Part shown: positions 25,479-39,154 of the stretch, one piece after another
Position numbering within the stretch: position 1 is the stretch's first letter
Layout: each line of letters starts with the position of its first letter
Position numbers and translations under genes: made by a program
Notes under the pieces: generated by a model
The model's input: the letters and a program-made list of their open reading frames with translations, nothing else
Databases searched by the model: none
Told to the model about the DNA's origin: nothing
Source of the DNA: Octopus sinensis
Taxonomy: Eukaryota
Length of the DNA: 64,000 nucleotides
Direction: 5' to 3'
Assembly: GCF_006345805.1 (NCBI RefSeq)
Contig: NC_042997.1
Location: 188,108,001-188,172,000, forward strand

Positions 25479-26684
25479 TTGGATCACCCATTAATAATGC
25501 AGTTTTTTAATACTGCTTTTGTTTTTCAAAATTAAGATAAACAAAGTTCTTTTTTCATCTAAAATATACTCTCCTTCATTTTCTACAATTCTCTTCCATC
25601 TATCTGGTAGACTTGCAAAGCCCCTCTTCCAAAATTCACTTGTCTGTGACAAAAAATACTCCTCCAGTACTGTTCTGACCTTGTCTACAGAATTTATGTT
25701 TTCCGTCCAAATGATTTTGAAGACCATTGAATATATGATAATCAGATGGGGCAATGTCTGACAAACATGGTGGGTGGGGTATCATTTCCCATTCAAACTG
25801 CTCCAGCCTTTGGAATGTCATCCTCACTGTTTGTGGTCAGGCATTATCCTGATGGAAGAACAGCTTTCGTCTTGAAACCCAAAATGGTCGTTTTTCTTCT
25901 AGCACTGACTTAAGCTGCTCAAGCTGCTCACAGTAGATCTCCCTTGTTATTGTTTGGTTTGGATTTAAAAGTTCAAAGTGGACTAAACCTTTCATATACC
26001 ACCAAACAAATAACAACACCTTACAATCGGTGAAGACCTTCTTTAGCCTGGGGTGTCGGTGTTTCTCCTTTCCCTACCCACTGTCTTTGGTGCTTGACAT
26101 TTTTATAGAGAACCCTTGTCTGAACCCTTTTATAGAGAACCTTGTTACCAGTTACTATTCAGTCCAAAAAAGGTTCATTCATGATACGTGACAACACAAA
26201 AGAGCACACATTCACTCTCTGCACGCAATTAGACTCAGAAAGTTTGTGAGGAACCCATCGACCCAATTTGCTGACTTTTCTGACGGCATGCAGGTGTTGA
26301 TGAATGGTTCTACAGATCTTCCAGGATGAAGCTTGTCTTCTAGGTGGTAGTTTCTAGCTCGGAATTTCTGGAACCACCGTTGACACTCACACTTTTTCTC
26401 CAGTAACCATATACTGTATTAATATTACTCACACTTTCCATTGCATTGTTGCCTTTATTAAACTCATAAAGCAAAATATGTTGAATATGCTCCTTTGTCA
26501 CTTCACTTTGAAAAAATAACGGTTAAAATCGAACTGCACTCTTCAAAACTTGTACTAAGAATAAGCACAAGGTAAAATTACTACCTGCTTTTATAGCAAG
26601 TTGATGCAGGTAGTTTATCCCATCCTCCTTCAACTTTTAGTTCATGCAATTGAAAAAAACCACATTATTTATAGGCTGACCCAA
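25479..26684 (-). mobile_element. near full-length decayed mariner (DD34D) transposon
   Basis: GRWVPHKL, LFFHQDNA, HPPCLSDIAPSDYHIF and FWKRGFASLPDRWKRIVENEGEY. Degenerate TIRs ttggatcacccattaataatgcagttttt and aaaaaaccacattatttataggctgacccaa. Confidence 0.9.
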
Positions 26685-27219
26685 CAAATTGGATTCAGCT
26701 CCAAAGGTAATGGAAATAAAGAAACTAATGTTTAAACAAGTCAAATCATTAACTGCATTACAACTATCATTTCTCTCTCCAGTTGTCTCTTATTATCATC
26801 AACTCTCTAATTGTCTTAAAAACCTTAAATTCAGCTATGATGAATTTTGGTGTTATAATTTCTTTAGAATATTTAATCTTTATGTCAGAAAGTGGGAGAT
26901 CATAGCCAAATTGTTACTAAACACTTGACTCAATTCTTTCTTTTCAGAGCTGTCTAGAACATGACTATGTTTTCTATACAGATGTCAATTTACAATAAAT
27001 ACTTCAAGCTGACATCAACTGCATTGACTTCACTGATGAAGGAGAATCTACAAAGCATAATATCAGTGGTAGCAACAATATCAACAATAACCAGGAAAAA
27101 AAAAATAAATAGAAAATAATCATAATTATTAAGATTCTCCTCAGACTAAATAAAAGAAAGATCTCAATGTTTCTTTTGAATATACTCAAAATACCCTGAT
27201 AGCACAAAATGTACATTTA

Positions 27220-28746
27220 CACTGAACCTCAACAGAAACGGAAGATGTGTATGACTGTGAAATATGTTTTAATTTCAATATGTCAGAGATAAATTTTGAT
27301 AAATCTGATAAAGTCAATTTTTTGGATGCATTTTGATTACAGTCTATGGGTCATTGTCATGTGTTCTGATAGTAGCAGATCCAGCACATTGAGAGACACG
27401 TTCAATACTGTGTATGCTCTCCCTGGGTGTTCAAAATGGCCATATACCAATGGTACATGGAGTGCATGAGGTGGTTCACAAAAGCCATTGGTACCTGTGC
27501 CCATACCCTGAGGAAAGCTGCCTCCAGTTCCACACTAGATGTCAGCCTTGGGACCACCTGGTTCAACCATCTCTGGATTTCATCCCACAGGTGTTCAATT
27601 GGGTTCAAATTTCAGCTGAGAGCCAGCCACAGCATGGTTCTGATGCTGTACTAATGCAGGAAGTCCATGGTGACCCTGGCTGTGTGGGAGGGAGCATTGT
27701 CCTGCTGGAACATGTGGCTATGGTGATGCATGAAGAAGGGCATGATGTGAAGTTTTAGGGTCTGGTCAAATTAGCACTGCACTGTGACTGCCTTTCTTTC
27801 TGTCTGCACTAACATTTTGGAACACATGGGGCCCAATTCATTAATTTAGGCCTATAGCACCCCAAACCATGATGCTTTGGCCACCTCATGCGTCTCTCTC
27901 CATGACACGTGTCTCTGTAGCATTTACCCCTCTTACGTCACACTCTCACTCTGCCATTCAAGGTGGAAATGCAGTACTGGTTCTCGTCAGAGAAGACAAT
28001 TGATCTCCATTATTGATGCTGCCAATGTCAGTGCTGTGTAGCCCACTGTAGTTATGCTTGATGGTGGAGGGCAGTGAGGACAGGCAACTGAGCAGGACGA
28101 TGGCAATGCAGGTTGTTGATGGCCAGTCAACATCATACTGTGTCATCACTGATGGATTACTGTCCAGTGTTAATGGTCTCGTAAGCTGTCACACTGGCCA
28201 GTCTGAAGCGATCACAGAGGTAGTGTTGCAGGTGGATGAAGCAGTCCTGCCTGGGCGTGGTCATCCATGGGCACCTTCTGTGGACATGGTCTGCAGTGCT
28301 GTTGGTGTTGTTGTATCACTGTTGCAGGCGATAGATGGTGCTGACATGGACATTGTAAGCTTTCACAACAACCAGAGTACACTGCCCTGCTTGCAATTCG
28401 CTGATAGCTTGTTCTCTCTGTGCTGCTGACAATCGGGTCATACCTGATTCGTCCAAATTACAAATGCCAGGAACGTGGTTCAAGTTGATTTTTATACCCA
28501 TAACCTTCACAAGATGCATGTGCATTTCAGTTTTCATGACAACTGTTTGTGACTGCCACCCATGGCATTCAATGCACCTGTGTTTTGGTGTCTCATTTCA
28601 GGTTAAGTTGAAAAGTTACCTGCAATTTGGGACTCAGCCACAAACCAGCTTGTCTTAGAATATTTACACATCCCCAAAATAAATTTTCAGAATTTACCAT
28701 GTAAAAATGACATTTGAAAAAATCATGTTTCTTTTGCAGTTCAGGG
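27220..28746 (-). mobile_element. near full-length decayed Tc1 (DD34E) transposon, transposase relic about 27402-28441
   Basis: MTRLSAAQREQAISELQAGQ (HTH), VFSDEN, FQQDNAPSHTA and NPIEHLWDEI. TIRs cactgaacctcaacagaaac and gtttcttttgcagttcaggg, both flanked by TA. Confidence 0.9.
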
Positions 28747-28834
28747 TATATCCATTACAGTGGAAAGATTAGCACTTAATTTGTAATATTAGAGAAAGTA
28801 AACAGATTCTCAGCATGAGGTTAAATCTTTTCTA

Positions 28835-29180
28835 GTGAGTAAAAGGGTAAAGACCCCCTTTGGTATGAATGACCATGGGATAGTACCTAGAAAATTCCCC
28901 TCCAAGGTACAAGTCCAGGTAAATTTGTTTATGGAAAATCAGCAGTCACCCATGCATACCAGCCTCTCCTCTCTATGCCACCAATGTTATCCAAGGGAAA
29001 AGCAAAGGCCAAAACAGTTTAGCACCAGTGATGTTGCAACTCATTTCTACGACTGAGTGATTTGGAGCAATGTGAAATAAAGTGTCTTGCTCAAGAACAC
29101 AACACGTACCCCAGTTCAGGAATCGAACTCGATACTTCATGATAGTGAGCCTGATGCTCTAACCACTAGGCTATGCACCT
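28835..29180 (-). mobile_element. tRNA-headed SINE family E
   Basis: Head followed by gtgttgtgttcttgagcaagacactttatttcac. Other copies at 32888-33241 and about 40085-40425. Confidence 0.75.
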
Positions 29181-30464
29181 TTCTAGGAGTAATGCCACCA
29201 TTTCATGATTGATAAATATGACATATTTGCTGATATTCACACAAATCAAATAGTTGTTTGTTCAGTATTTTGTTCCTTTCACTTCTTGTATATCATAGTT
29301 CTCCATCAGACTAGTTTACTTGGTCAATTACTCTCCATTGTTTAGTCTGAGTGTATTGAAATTGTTTTATACAAAACATCACTACGGAACTAATTTTTGC
29401 AAATCGTCAGAACAAATCCATAAGTACAGCTACTACTATTATGTGAGTGGTTCTTTGAGATTCATATAAGTTTTTTCTTTTGTAGAGTTCAAACTAGTCA
29501 CTAATAAAGTAACAAGTTTCTTTTGTTTGAGACAAGACAGTTCTTGGGATTTGTGAATATGAAAGAAAACCCTTTAGTATTCAGATTACTCTGTCAAATC
29601 TAATGCTTATTATTCACATTGATTTGAATTAGTCATGCATTGTCTTGTAGCTTTGAGATTTCAGTAACATGATTGTTTACTCTTAGAACAGTGTTGTAAG
29701 GTAAATGGGAGAAGCTGTACCTGACGAATTTAAACATGAAACAGAATATTTTGGCGGTGAGCTGGCAGAGACGTTAGCATGCCGGGTGAAATGCTTAGCA
29801 GCATTTCGTCTGCCGTTACGTTCTGAGTTCAAATTCCGCCGAGGTCGACTTTGCCTTTCATCCTTACGCACTGGGGTCGATCTAATCAACTTAACCCCTT
29901 TGTCTGTTTAGCCCCTTGTGGGCAAGAAAGAAATAAGAATATTTTGGCTGGATATGGTGGGTTTAAATGCTAAAGGGTGTAGTTAAATTTGCACTTGTGT
30001 AATAGGCATGCATATCTCTTCAGTACACAAGTGTGTATGTCTTTTATTACTCATGTATGTGTATATGTGCCATATATGCTCATATGATTGTGTGCTTATG
30101 TTCAATTCAGTAAACTCAAATACAAAAGGAGTGGCTATGTGGTAAGTAGCTTGCTTACCAACCACATGGTCCCAGGTTCAGTCCCACTGCGTGACACTTT
30201 GGGCAAGTGTCTTTTACTATAACCTCGGGTCGACCAAAGCCTTGTGAGTGGATTTGGTAGATGGAAACTGAAAGAAGCCTGATGTATATATATGTGTGTG
30301 TGTGTGTTTGTGTGTCTGTGTTTGTTCCCCCAACATCGCTTGACAACCGATGCTGGTGTGTTTGCATCCCCGTAATTTAGCAGTTTGATTTGCTCGACTA
30401 AAGGCTGTGCTCCAGCATGGCCGCAATCAAATGACTGAAACAAGTAAAAGAGTAAAAGTGAGTA

Positions 30465-31500
30465 TAAATCTTCACTGTACAAATCTTCACAGTTAGATTT
30501 GAAGGATGCAACTCAGTTTGCTTTGTTCCTTCATTGAAAACTGCAGCATTTCTTGAGCTTTTATGCAAATCTGTTGTTACATAGCCCAGTGCACTTGTGA
30601 CAATAGGCACAGATAAAGATTTATAGCCCAGACACAAGAGACCTAAGTTTCTTATTAGTTCAATATAAATATAAAAGCTTGAAGATGATAAACTAGCAAA
30701 AACAGAAAGTTTCCAGTAAGAATATTCTTTACTCGTGTGCATTATATACACGAGTGGCAACTACACTATGGCCACCGGATGAGGAAGGGCAATTTTGAAT
30801 GCCCTCCATATTGAAAAACAAAACACATCAAAAGGTTAAATAAACTTAGGAGAGTCAGGGGCCATCCAATAGTGTGTGTATGCATTTACTTTTTTACTCT
30901 GTTACACATTTCAGTCATGTGACTCCAGCCATACTGGAGCACTTCCTGAAGGGGTTTTAGTCAAACAAATTGATGCCAGAACTTATTCATTGTAAGCCTA
31001 TTACTTATTCTATCAGAGTCTTTTGCTGAACTGCTTAGTTACGGGGACATAAACACACCATCATCAGTTGTCAAGCGATAGTGGGGGCACAAACACAGAT
31101 ACACACACATGAATATATATACATACATACATACATATATACATATATATACACACAACAGGCCTCTTTCAATTTCTGTCTACCAAATCCACTCACAAGG
31201 CTTCAGTCAGCCTGAGGCTATAGTAGAGGACACTTGCCCAAGATGCCATGCTGTGGGACAGAACCAGGAACCATGTGGTTGGGAAGCAAGATTCTTACCA
31301 CACAGTCACGCCTGTGCCTATTTGCATACACGTATAAGTACTTACTTGTGTATGTAGTGCACATGAGTAAAGGGTATTCTTACTGGAAATTTTTTGTTTT
31401 TGCTAGTTTAACAGCTTCAAGCTTTTACATTCAGAGACTGACATTCTTATTTGCACAAGTATTTGCCACTACAAACTTTGATGTGTTGATACTTTTTGGT
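30465..31500 (-). mobile_element. R4-like (restriction-like endonuclease) LINE 3' relic interrupted by an inverted-repeat-bounded insert at about 30668-31431
   Basis: YIELIRNLGLLCLGYKSLSVPIVTSALGYVT...TVKIC matches the C-terminus seen at 32740-33330. Confidence 0.6.
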
Positions 31501-32244
31501 ACCAGTGGCAAGCTGGCAGAAACGTTAGCATGCCGGGCGAAAAGCTTAGCAGTATTTCGTCTGCTGTTACGTTCTGAGTTCAAATTTCGCCGAGGTCAAC
31601 TTTGCCTTTCATCCTTTCGGGGTCGATAAATTAAGTACCAGTTACGCACTGGGGTCGATATAATCAACTTAATCCGTTCGTCTGTCCTTGTTTGTCCTCT
31701 CTGTGTTTAGACCCTTGTGGGTAGTAAAGAAATAGGTACTTTTTGTAACCCATCTTTTCTGCATACATTAAGATTTAAACTTCTTGGATCTACAAACAGA
31801 CGCTGTGAGTTTCCTAGCTTATGAGGGCACATTGCAGGTGTTATCTTTTGGTTGCCTACACATACGCATCCTCAAGTGAAGTGCTGGTGATGTTTAGGAA
31901 GTGTAGTCTTAGTCTTGCCACACAAGTATATTATTTTCTCATCATTAGGTCCCATGAGAGGGAGGCATATTTTAAAAGAGGAAGGGTGTATGAAAGGTGG
32001 TCACACATGTTAATGAGTCGAGAGCTGTCATATATACTCTTTACTCATTTACTTGTTTCAGTCATTTGACTGTGGCCATGCTGGAGCACTGCCTTTAGTC
32101 AAGGAAATCGACCCCAGGACTTATTCTTTATAAGCCCAGTACTTAATCTGTTGGTCTCTTTTGCCGAACCGCTAAGTTACGGGGATGTAAACCCACCAGC
32201 ATCAGTTGTCAAGCGATGTTGGGGGGACAAACACAGACACACAA

Positions 32245-32323
<79 letters not shown>

Positions 32324-32739
32324 CGGGCTTCTTTCAGTTTCTATCTACCAAATCCACTCACAAGGCTTTGGTCGGCCCGAGGCTATAGTAAAGGACGTTT
32401 GCCCACGGTGCCATGCAGTGGGACTGAACCTGGAGCCATGTGGTTTGTAGGCAAGCTACTTACCACACACCCACTCCTGCGCCTATGCTACTTACCACAC
32501 AGCCACTCCTGTGTCTATATGTGTATGCATATATTTGTAGAGGCATAGCAAGAGGGTCAAATGTGGGCAGATGCATTAGAACACATGTGTGAAGGGTATA
32601 AAGTTTCCTGTTATCATGCCATTTAATTGAAGTGGAAGGTTTCAAAAATATCCTTGCATCTGAGTGCTGAGAACTTTTACGATGTGAGCAAGTATTTATA
32701 TTATTGCATGAGTAGATTTTGATTTAGGTATGTGTATAC

Positions 32740-34050
32740 GTTTTTATGTCTTCGTGTGTCTATATACACTGATAACATGCTAAACTTCTGGAATGTTTTA
32801 TATAATTTCACAAATGTAATAATAATTTTTTAGTTATTGGTTTTGTGAAATCCAGCTTCTCATGATTGATGTTAAGTTGTGTATTTATGCATTTGCCTGG
32901 TGTCCGAGACCTCTCTTGGTCATGACTGACCATGGGATTGCACCTAGAAAGTTACCCTCCCAGGCACAAGTCCGGGCAAGGTTGTTTATTGAAGACCAGC
33001 AATCACCCATGCATACCGGCCTCCCATCTCCACACCACCAGTGTTATCCAAGAGAAAGGCAAAGGCCAATACATTTTGGCACCTGTGACGTTGCAACTCA
33101 TTTCTACAGCTGAGTGAACTGGAGCAACATGAAATAAAGTGTCTTGCTCAAGAACACAACCCGCAGCCCGATCTGGGATTCGAACTCACAACCTCACGAT
33201 CATAAGCTCGACACTCTAACCACTGAGCCATGCGCCTTCACTTAAGTTGTGTATTTAAATGCTTCAATAATTGCAGGTATAAAGATGACACTATAACCTG
33301 GGTGGTGTAACCACTGATTTCTCATTAGTTTACCAAATATGCTTCCATTCCATCCTGATCTTTAACATTATATTAATATCTGCTGAGCCACTGATTTCAA
33401 CAATTGAACATAATTTCTTTCCTTTGTTCAAAATCATTATGTCTGGTATACTATGCTTGCATTTTACTTAGGTCATGACAGGAACATTTTGCCAGTATTC
33501 TTTCATGTTATGAGTAATTGTGCCTTCCACGTCTTGATGGCTTCTTATATCTTTCTCCTCAGGACCATCGATTCTATGGATTGCATCGTATGATGTTTTG
33601 GCAATGACATCATGTCTCATATGCTGATAATACAGTGACGACATTTGCAGACTATTTACGATGTGGATGACATGTTAATTCCTCAAGGTCTGCTACATCT
33701 CAGTGGTTTATCTGCATTCCTATCCTTTTTGTGCAGAAGGTATTTTGTTGTTATTTCTTGTTCTGGCATAAATGTTATTGTGATGACATTTTTGGATAAT
33801 GTCTTATAATGTGGGTGACATCCTCAGTGTTAATTCCACAAAGTTTGCATTAGTTGTCAAATTTAGGTGGCTTACCTGCATGCTTATTTCTTTTGAATGC
33901 CAGATATTTTGTAATTTATTGTCCTGTATTAAAAAAGTATATTCTTCAAAGTGAAAACCAATATCCCAGCTGTCGGTCAATGATAGACTACTCTGGTTAT
34001 CTATGTTGTTGTCACTTTGAAGCTTCTTGGCAACATAGCCATGAATGACC
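32740..34050 (-). mobile_element. decayed R4/Dong-like LINE C-terminus (zinc knuckle and RLE endonuclease relics)
   Basis: CKLCGINTEDVTHII, YQHMRHDVIAK, KHSIPDIMILNKGKKLCSIVEISGSADIN and IFIPAIIEAF. Confidence 0.7.
32888..33241 (-). mobile_element. SINE family E with a 16-bp target-site duplication
   Basis: ttaagttgtgtattta at 32872-32887 and again at 33242-33257. Confidence 0.9.
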
Positions 34051-34781
34051 TTCTATTGATGTGCATGTAGCTTTTTCTCTAGTAATCTGTTGCAGGAGTC
34101 AGTATGTATACATGTACTAATGTATATATATATATATTTTTTTTTTTTCTAGTTTCAGCTCAGAGCTGCGGCCATGCTGATGCACCGCCGTTCATATATA
34201 TATAAGCACTTACATTCACTAAGTATGTGTCCATCCATCCTTACTTTACCTGTAGATTGTTCCAAGTGTGAAATTCAGAGCAATATGTTGCATCAAATTT
34301 CTAAACTTGCTATGTATATAAATATATTTCAGCATGCGGTGACAGTCTAATTGTGACACGCTTATTCTTTTCTCTTTATTTTTCTCTGTTTACATTTATC
34401 CTTTTTGTAGAAGAGCATAGGCTTGAAATGTTAAGGACCTTTTCCAATTTTCCTGAGTGTCAAACTAATACACTCGTTTTCCTACCACATCTTTGTGTGT
34501 TTTTTTTTAATTGTGTACTATCTTGTAAGTTAACTGGTGAGCCTGCCACTGGTGGTACCATGTAAAAAGTACTCAGTCCACTCTGTGGAGTGGTTGGTGT
34601 TAGGAAGGGCATCCAGTGGTAAATACCATACCAAAAAAGACGGCAAAGCATGGTGCAGTCTTCTGCCTGGCCAGTTCCTATCAAACCATCCAACCCATGC
34701 TAGCATGATGATGCTACCTGTTAGTTGTCAATAAATTGGGAAAAAAGCCTACTCAATATAAATAACAAAGTGGTTATATTT

Positions 34782-36595
34782 TAATAATAATAAAACATTG
34801 TGTACAGTGCTCAGGTGCACTACAACTCATCTAAAGTGTATGTATAGTGCATAGGGTAATGTACAAGCGTCAGGAAAAGAACAGTGCATGAGTCATGACA
34901 TACACATATGTGTATGAGTATGGAAGGGGGACAATCAGGTGTAGTTTCGGCGGATTTCGGAAAGCATGAGGGCCTTAAAGGATGCAGTGTCATGGCAGTC
35001 AACAACTGACGCAGGCAGTTTGTTCCATTCTTCAGCAACTCTGAACGTGAAAAAATGTTTCCGAAAGTCATGGGAGCTGAGCTGTTTTCTGACTTTGTAG
35101 GCATGTCCACGTGTGTTGGACACATGGAGATCAAAAAGTTGTTCAGTGTTGTTGTTGGTGAGGTGGTTGATAACTTTGTGGGTGTTTACCAAGTCCGTCG
35201 CCAGACGCCGGAGCTTCAGTGAATCCATGCCCAGGGAAACAAGGCGCTCAAAGTATGGTAGGTGTCTGATGAAGGGTATGCGTTTGGTTGCACATCTCTG
35301 AACAGTTTCTAGGAGGTCAATGTTCTGAGCAAGATAGGGGTTCCAAACTGATGATGCGAATTCCAAGTGTGGTCGTACCATAGCTGTATACAGTTTTAAA
35401 TAGATGGCTGGAGAGCGGCTAACAAAAGTCTTGCTGAGTGATGCCAAGACACCCTCGGCCTTCTTGACAATTTTAGAGATATGCTTTGTCCAATGTAAAT
35501 CACTGCTAACAGTGATGCCTAGGTCACGCTCACAAGAGGATTTCTTGATATCAGTGTTGTGGAAGGAGTATGTGGACGCAGGGTTTTTTCTCCCAAAATG
35601 CATGGTGGTACACTTGTCCACAGCCAGTTTCAGTTGCCAGTCCGTGATCCATTGCTGCACTGTGTCCTGGTCTGATTGCAGGAAAGAGTTGTAGACATCA
35701 GGATCTGTCCTCTTGATTTCAAGGTACAGCTTGATGTCGTGTGCATATTTCAATACTGTGGCATTCTTTAAATTGGCATCTATGTCATTAATGTATGCCA
35801 CAAACAAGAGGGGACCAAGAACAGATCCCTGTGGTACACCCGATGACATCTCATATGGTGTAGAATGCTGTCCTAGAACTGTGACTACCTCCTTTTGGCT
35901 GAGAATGAAGGATTTCAACCAGTTAAAAAGATCATCCCTCACACCCATTGCAGAGAGTTTCGCCATAAGCCTTTTGTGTGGCACAGAATTAAAAGCCTTA
36001 GCAAAGTCAAGGTAGACAACATCCACCCATGAGCCACTGTCAGTGATCTGAGTAATGTCCTCAAGGAACTCGACAAGCTGATCACTGCAGCTGGAGTTAG
36101 GGACAAATCCATATTGTGAGGGTCGGATGAGACTGTGAGAGCTCCAGAAGTTCCAAAGTGTTTCTCTGACACACGATTCCATCAGTTTTGCAATACAGCT
36201 AGTGAGACTGACTGGGCGATAGTTGACAGGTGATGTGCGATCGCCCTTTTTGAACAGAGGAATGACACTGGCGGTTTTCCACTGCTCCGGAGTAGCACCA
36301 TTGTTGAGACAGTACTGGAAAAAAATAGAAAGCTGGTGTAAAAGGAAGTACCTGCCACGTTTGAGAAGCAGGTATGTAATGCCATCAAGACCAGGGGAGG
36401 CATAGTTGCGCTTATTTTGAAGGTGACGTCGCAGCATTGCAGGTGTAAATTCCATAGTTGTTATGGAATTTGCTGTTAGAGATAGTGAAGATGGTACATT
36501 TTGATTTTCAACAGTGAATATGCTTGCATAGCACTCAGCAATGAGTTCTGCGTATTCCTTGGGATCGTCAGTGATCTGGCTTGTGTGAGGGCATA
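34782..36595 (-). mobile_element. 5'-truncated CR1-clade LINE with a stop-free RT ORF (34935-36455, frame open further upstream)
   Basis: SPGLDGI, NYRPVSLTS, YLDFAKAF and GVPQGSVLGPLLF, but YAHD replaces the catalytic YADD. No endonuclease domain. The 3' UTR ends in (ATT)n. Confidence 0.95.
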
Positions 36596-37548
36596 TAACT
36601 GTTCATATATCATCATCATTTAACGTCTGCTTTCCATGCTAGCATGGGTTGGACGAATGACTGAGAGCTGGCGAACCAGATGGCTGCACCAGACTTCAAT
36701 CTTGATCTGGCAGAGTTTCTACAGCTTGATGCCCTTCCTAATGTCAACCACTCCAAGAGTGTAGTGGGTGCTTTTTACATGCCACCGGCACGGGGCCAGT
36801 CAGGCAGTACTGGCAACGACCTCGCTCGAATCTTTTACACATGCCACCGGCACAGAGGCCAGATAGCCGCTCTGGCAACGATCACGCTCGGATGGTGCCT
36901 TTTAAGTGCCATATATATGTATATAAAGTATATATATATTAGCAGATAGTAGATATTAAAGAAACATTGGAAGTCAGGTAGATTAAAATAGAATTGAATA
37001 AAAGGAAATGTGAGATTTGAGGGTTATTTAAGTAGGAATGAGAGAAGAGAGAAAGGTTATTGAGAAAACTGGAAGAATAGAGATGAGTAGAAGACTTTTT
37101 TAAAAATAAAAAGGGAGAATTACTCAAACTGGATTAGAGAATGAACCGGTAAAGGAACCTCTACATAGTTGCTCAACCTGTTAGAAATAGCAGCCAAATT
37201 TCCCTCAACATCCCGCTGGGTTTTTTTTTTGTAAAAAACAAACAAAAAAGGGAGGACACATACTTCAGACACTCGTAAACAGATGGAATGGTCAGGACTG
37301 CAATGCTTTTCGTCATAAATATGCTTGATCAGGGTTGATGAGGGGAGGGCTAAACAACAATTAGATTTGAGAAAACATTTAGACAATTTATAGGAAGTGA
37401 TGAACAACTGAAAAGAACTCATTAAGCATTTTAACTCAAAGATTCATGGACATAGATCAGATTCTGATTAAAGAAAAACTGGACTATTTCACACCATCAT
37501 CCCAAGAAAATGCATCATCTTTGCATTCATCGGCTCTTTTCATTAAAG

Positions 37549-37589
<41 letters not shown>

Positions 37590-39094
37590 CAAGCAGGCCT
37601 CCATACCGGTGGCATGTAGAAACACCATTCGAGTGTGATCGTTACTTGCATCGCCTTACTGGCCCTTGTGCTAATGGCATGTGAAAAAACATTTGAGCAA
37701 GGTCGTTGCCAGTGCCACTGGGCTGGCTCCTGTGCAGGTGGCACATAAAAAGCAGCATTTGAGCATCACCATTGCCAGTACCGCCTGACTGGCCCTCATG
37801 CCAGTGGTTGGCGTTAGGAAGGGCATCCAGCTGTAGAAACTCAGGCAGATCAGATTGGAGTCTGGTGCAGCCATCTTGTTGGCCAGACCTCAGTCAAATC
37901 GTCCAACCCATGCCAGCATGGAAAGCAGACATCAAACAATAATGGTGATATATATACATATATTAGTGCTGTTTCCTGCATGAATTCAAAATCATCATCA
38001 TCATCATCATCATTTAGCGTCCGTTTTCCATGCTAGCATGGGTTGGACGGTTTAACTGGGGTCTGTGAAGCCGGCAGGCTTCATCAGGCCCAGTCAGATT
38101 TGGCAGTATTTCTACGGCTGGATGCCCTTCCTAACGCCAACCACTCCGTGAGTGTAGTGGGTGCTTTTTACGTGCCACCTGATCTAGAGCGCCTGGCACG
38201 TAAAAGCACCATCCGCTTGTGTCCGTTACCAGCTTCGCCTGGCCCCCGTGCCGGTAGCACGTAAAAGCACCATCCGTTCGTGTCCGTTGCCAGCCTCGCC
38301 TGGCCCCCGTGCCGTTGGTATATGATTACAAGCAACAATCCAATCTTAATATAAGTCTTTAATTTTTATGAAAGGCAGCAGGAAAGAGTAATATTCATGG
38401 TATATATATCCTACCTCAATTTATGGTTTTGATTTTTAAAATTGGTTGATGTGGTTTAAGCACCAAGAGTTGCCCTCACAGTCATACCTATTTGGTTATT
38501 GGCACGAAACCATGGTAGGGAGTTAATGGTATCTTATTCAAATATCAATATGTATACTCACATATGTACATCAATTTATTTGTTTCTCTGTATATTACGT
38601 GCATATGCATGCTCTGCTCGCATTCACACACACTATCTTTACGTGTATACACACCCAACACAAAAAAAAGAGAAAAGCAAAAACAAAAAGAAAATTCATT
38701 AACAGACTTCAGGAACTTGTGGCAGTTATCCAGCATAGTCATAGTTTAAATTTACTAAAGATTGAGAAGTATTTATATTTTATGTTTATTTGTTTCCTTT
38801 CATTGAAAGAGCATATACACATTCTCTCTCTCTCTGCATGTATGTATGTGTATGTATGTATATGTATGTGTGTGTATATATAAATATATATATATGTATG
38901 TATATATATATATATGTATGACGTGGGGTTGAGAGAGAGAAAGAGATAGGTTCATTTCACACCTAAGGGTTTTATGGACTTAAGTCTCCATGGTTATCTA
39001 GCATTTACATATCTGAGTCCAATAGGATTATTTCTTAATGAGATTTAAACCCATAAAGTATTTTGCTATCAATTAGATTGGTATTCCTAATTAG

Positions 39095-39154
39095 CCGAAA
39101 AGAAAAGAATTACAGAAGCATACAATGAGGAGGAGAGAAAGAGAGAACTTTTTT
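39095..39154 (+). CDS. candidate 60-nt exon ((A)EKKRITEAYNEEERKRELF or PKRKELQKHTMRRRERENFF)
   Basis: Acceptor ttcctaattag|, consensus donor |gtgagt, two open frames. Confidence 0.35.

Noticed and set aside
26981-27068. Possible exon MSIYNKYFKLTSTALTSLMKENLQSIISV
   Set aside because: Weak donor, two competing frames, and not phase-compatible with the best neighbouring candidate
27031-27070. CTGATGAAGGAGAATCT hammerhead-like core
   Set aside because: No GAAA after helix II and helix I mismatches at its first pair
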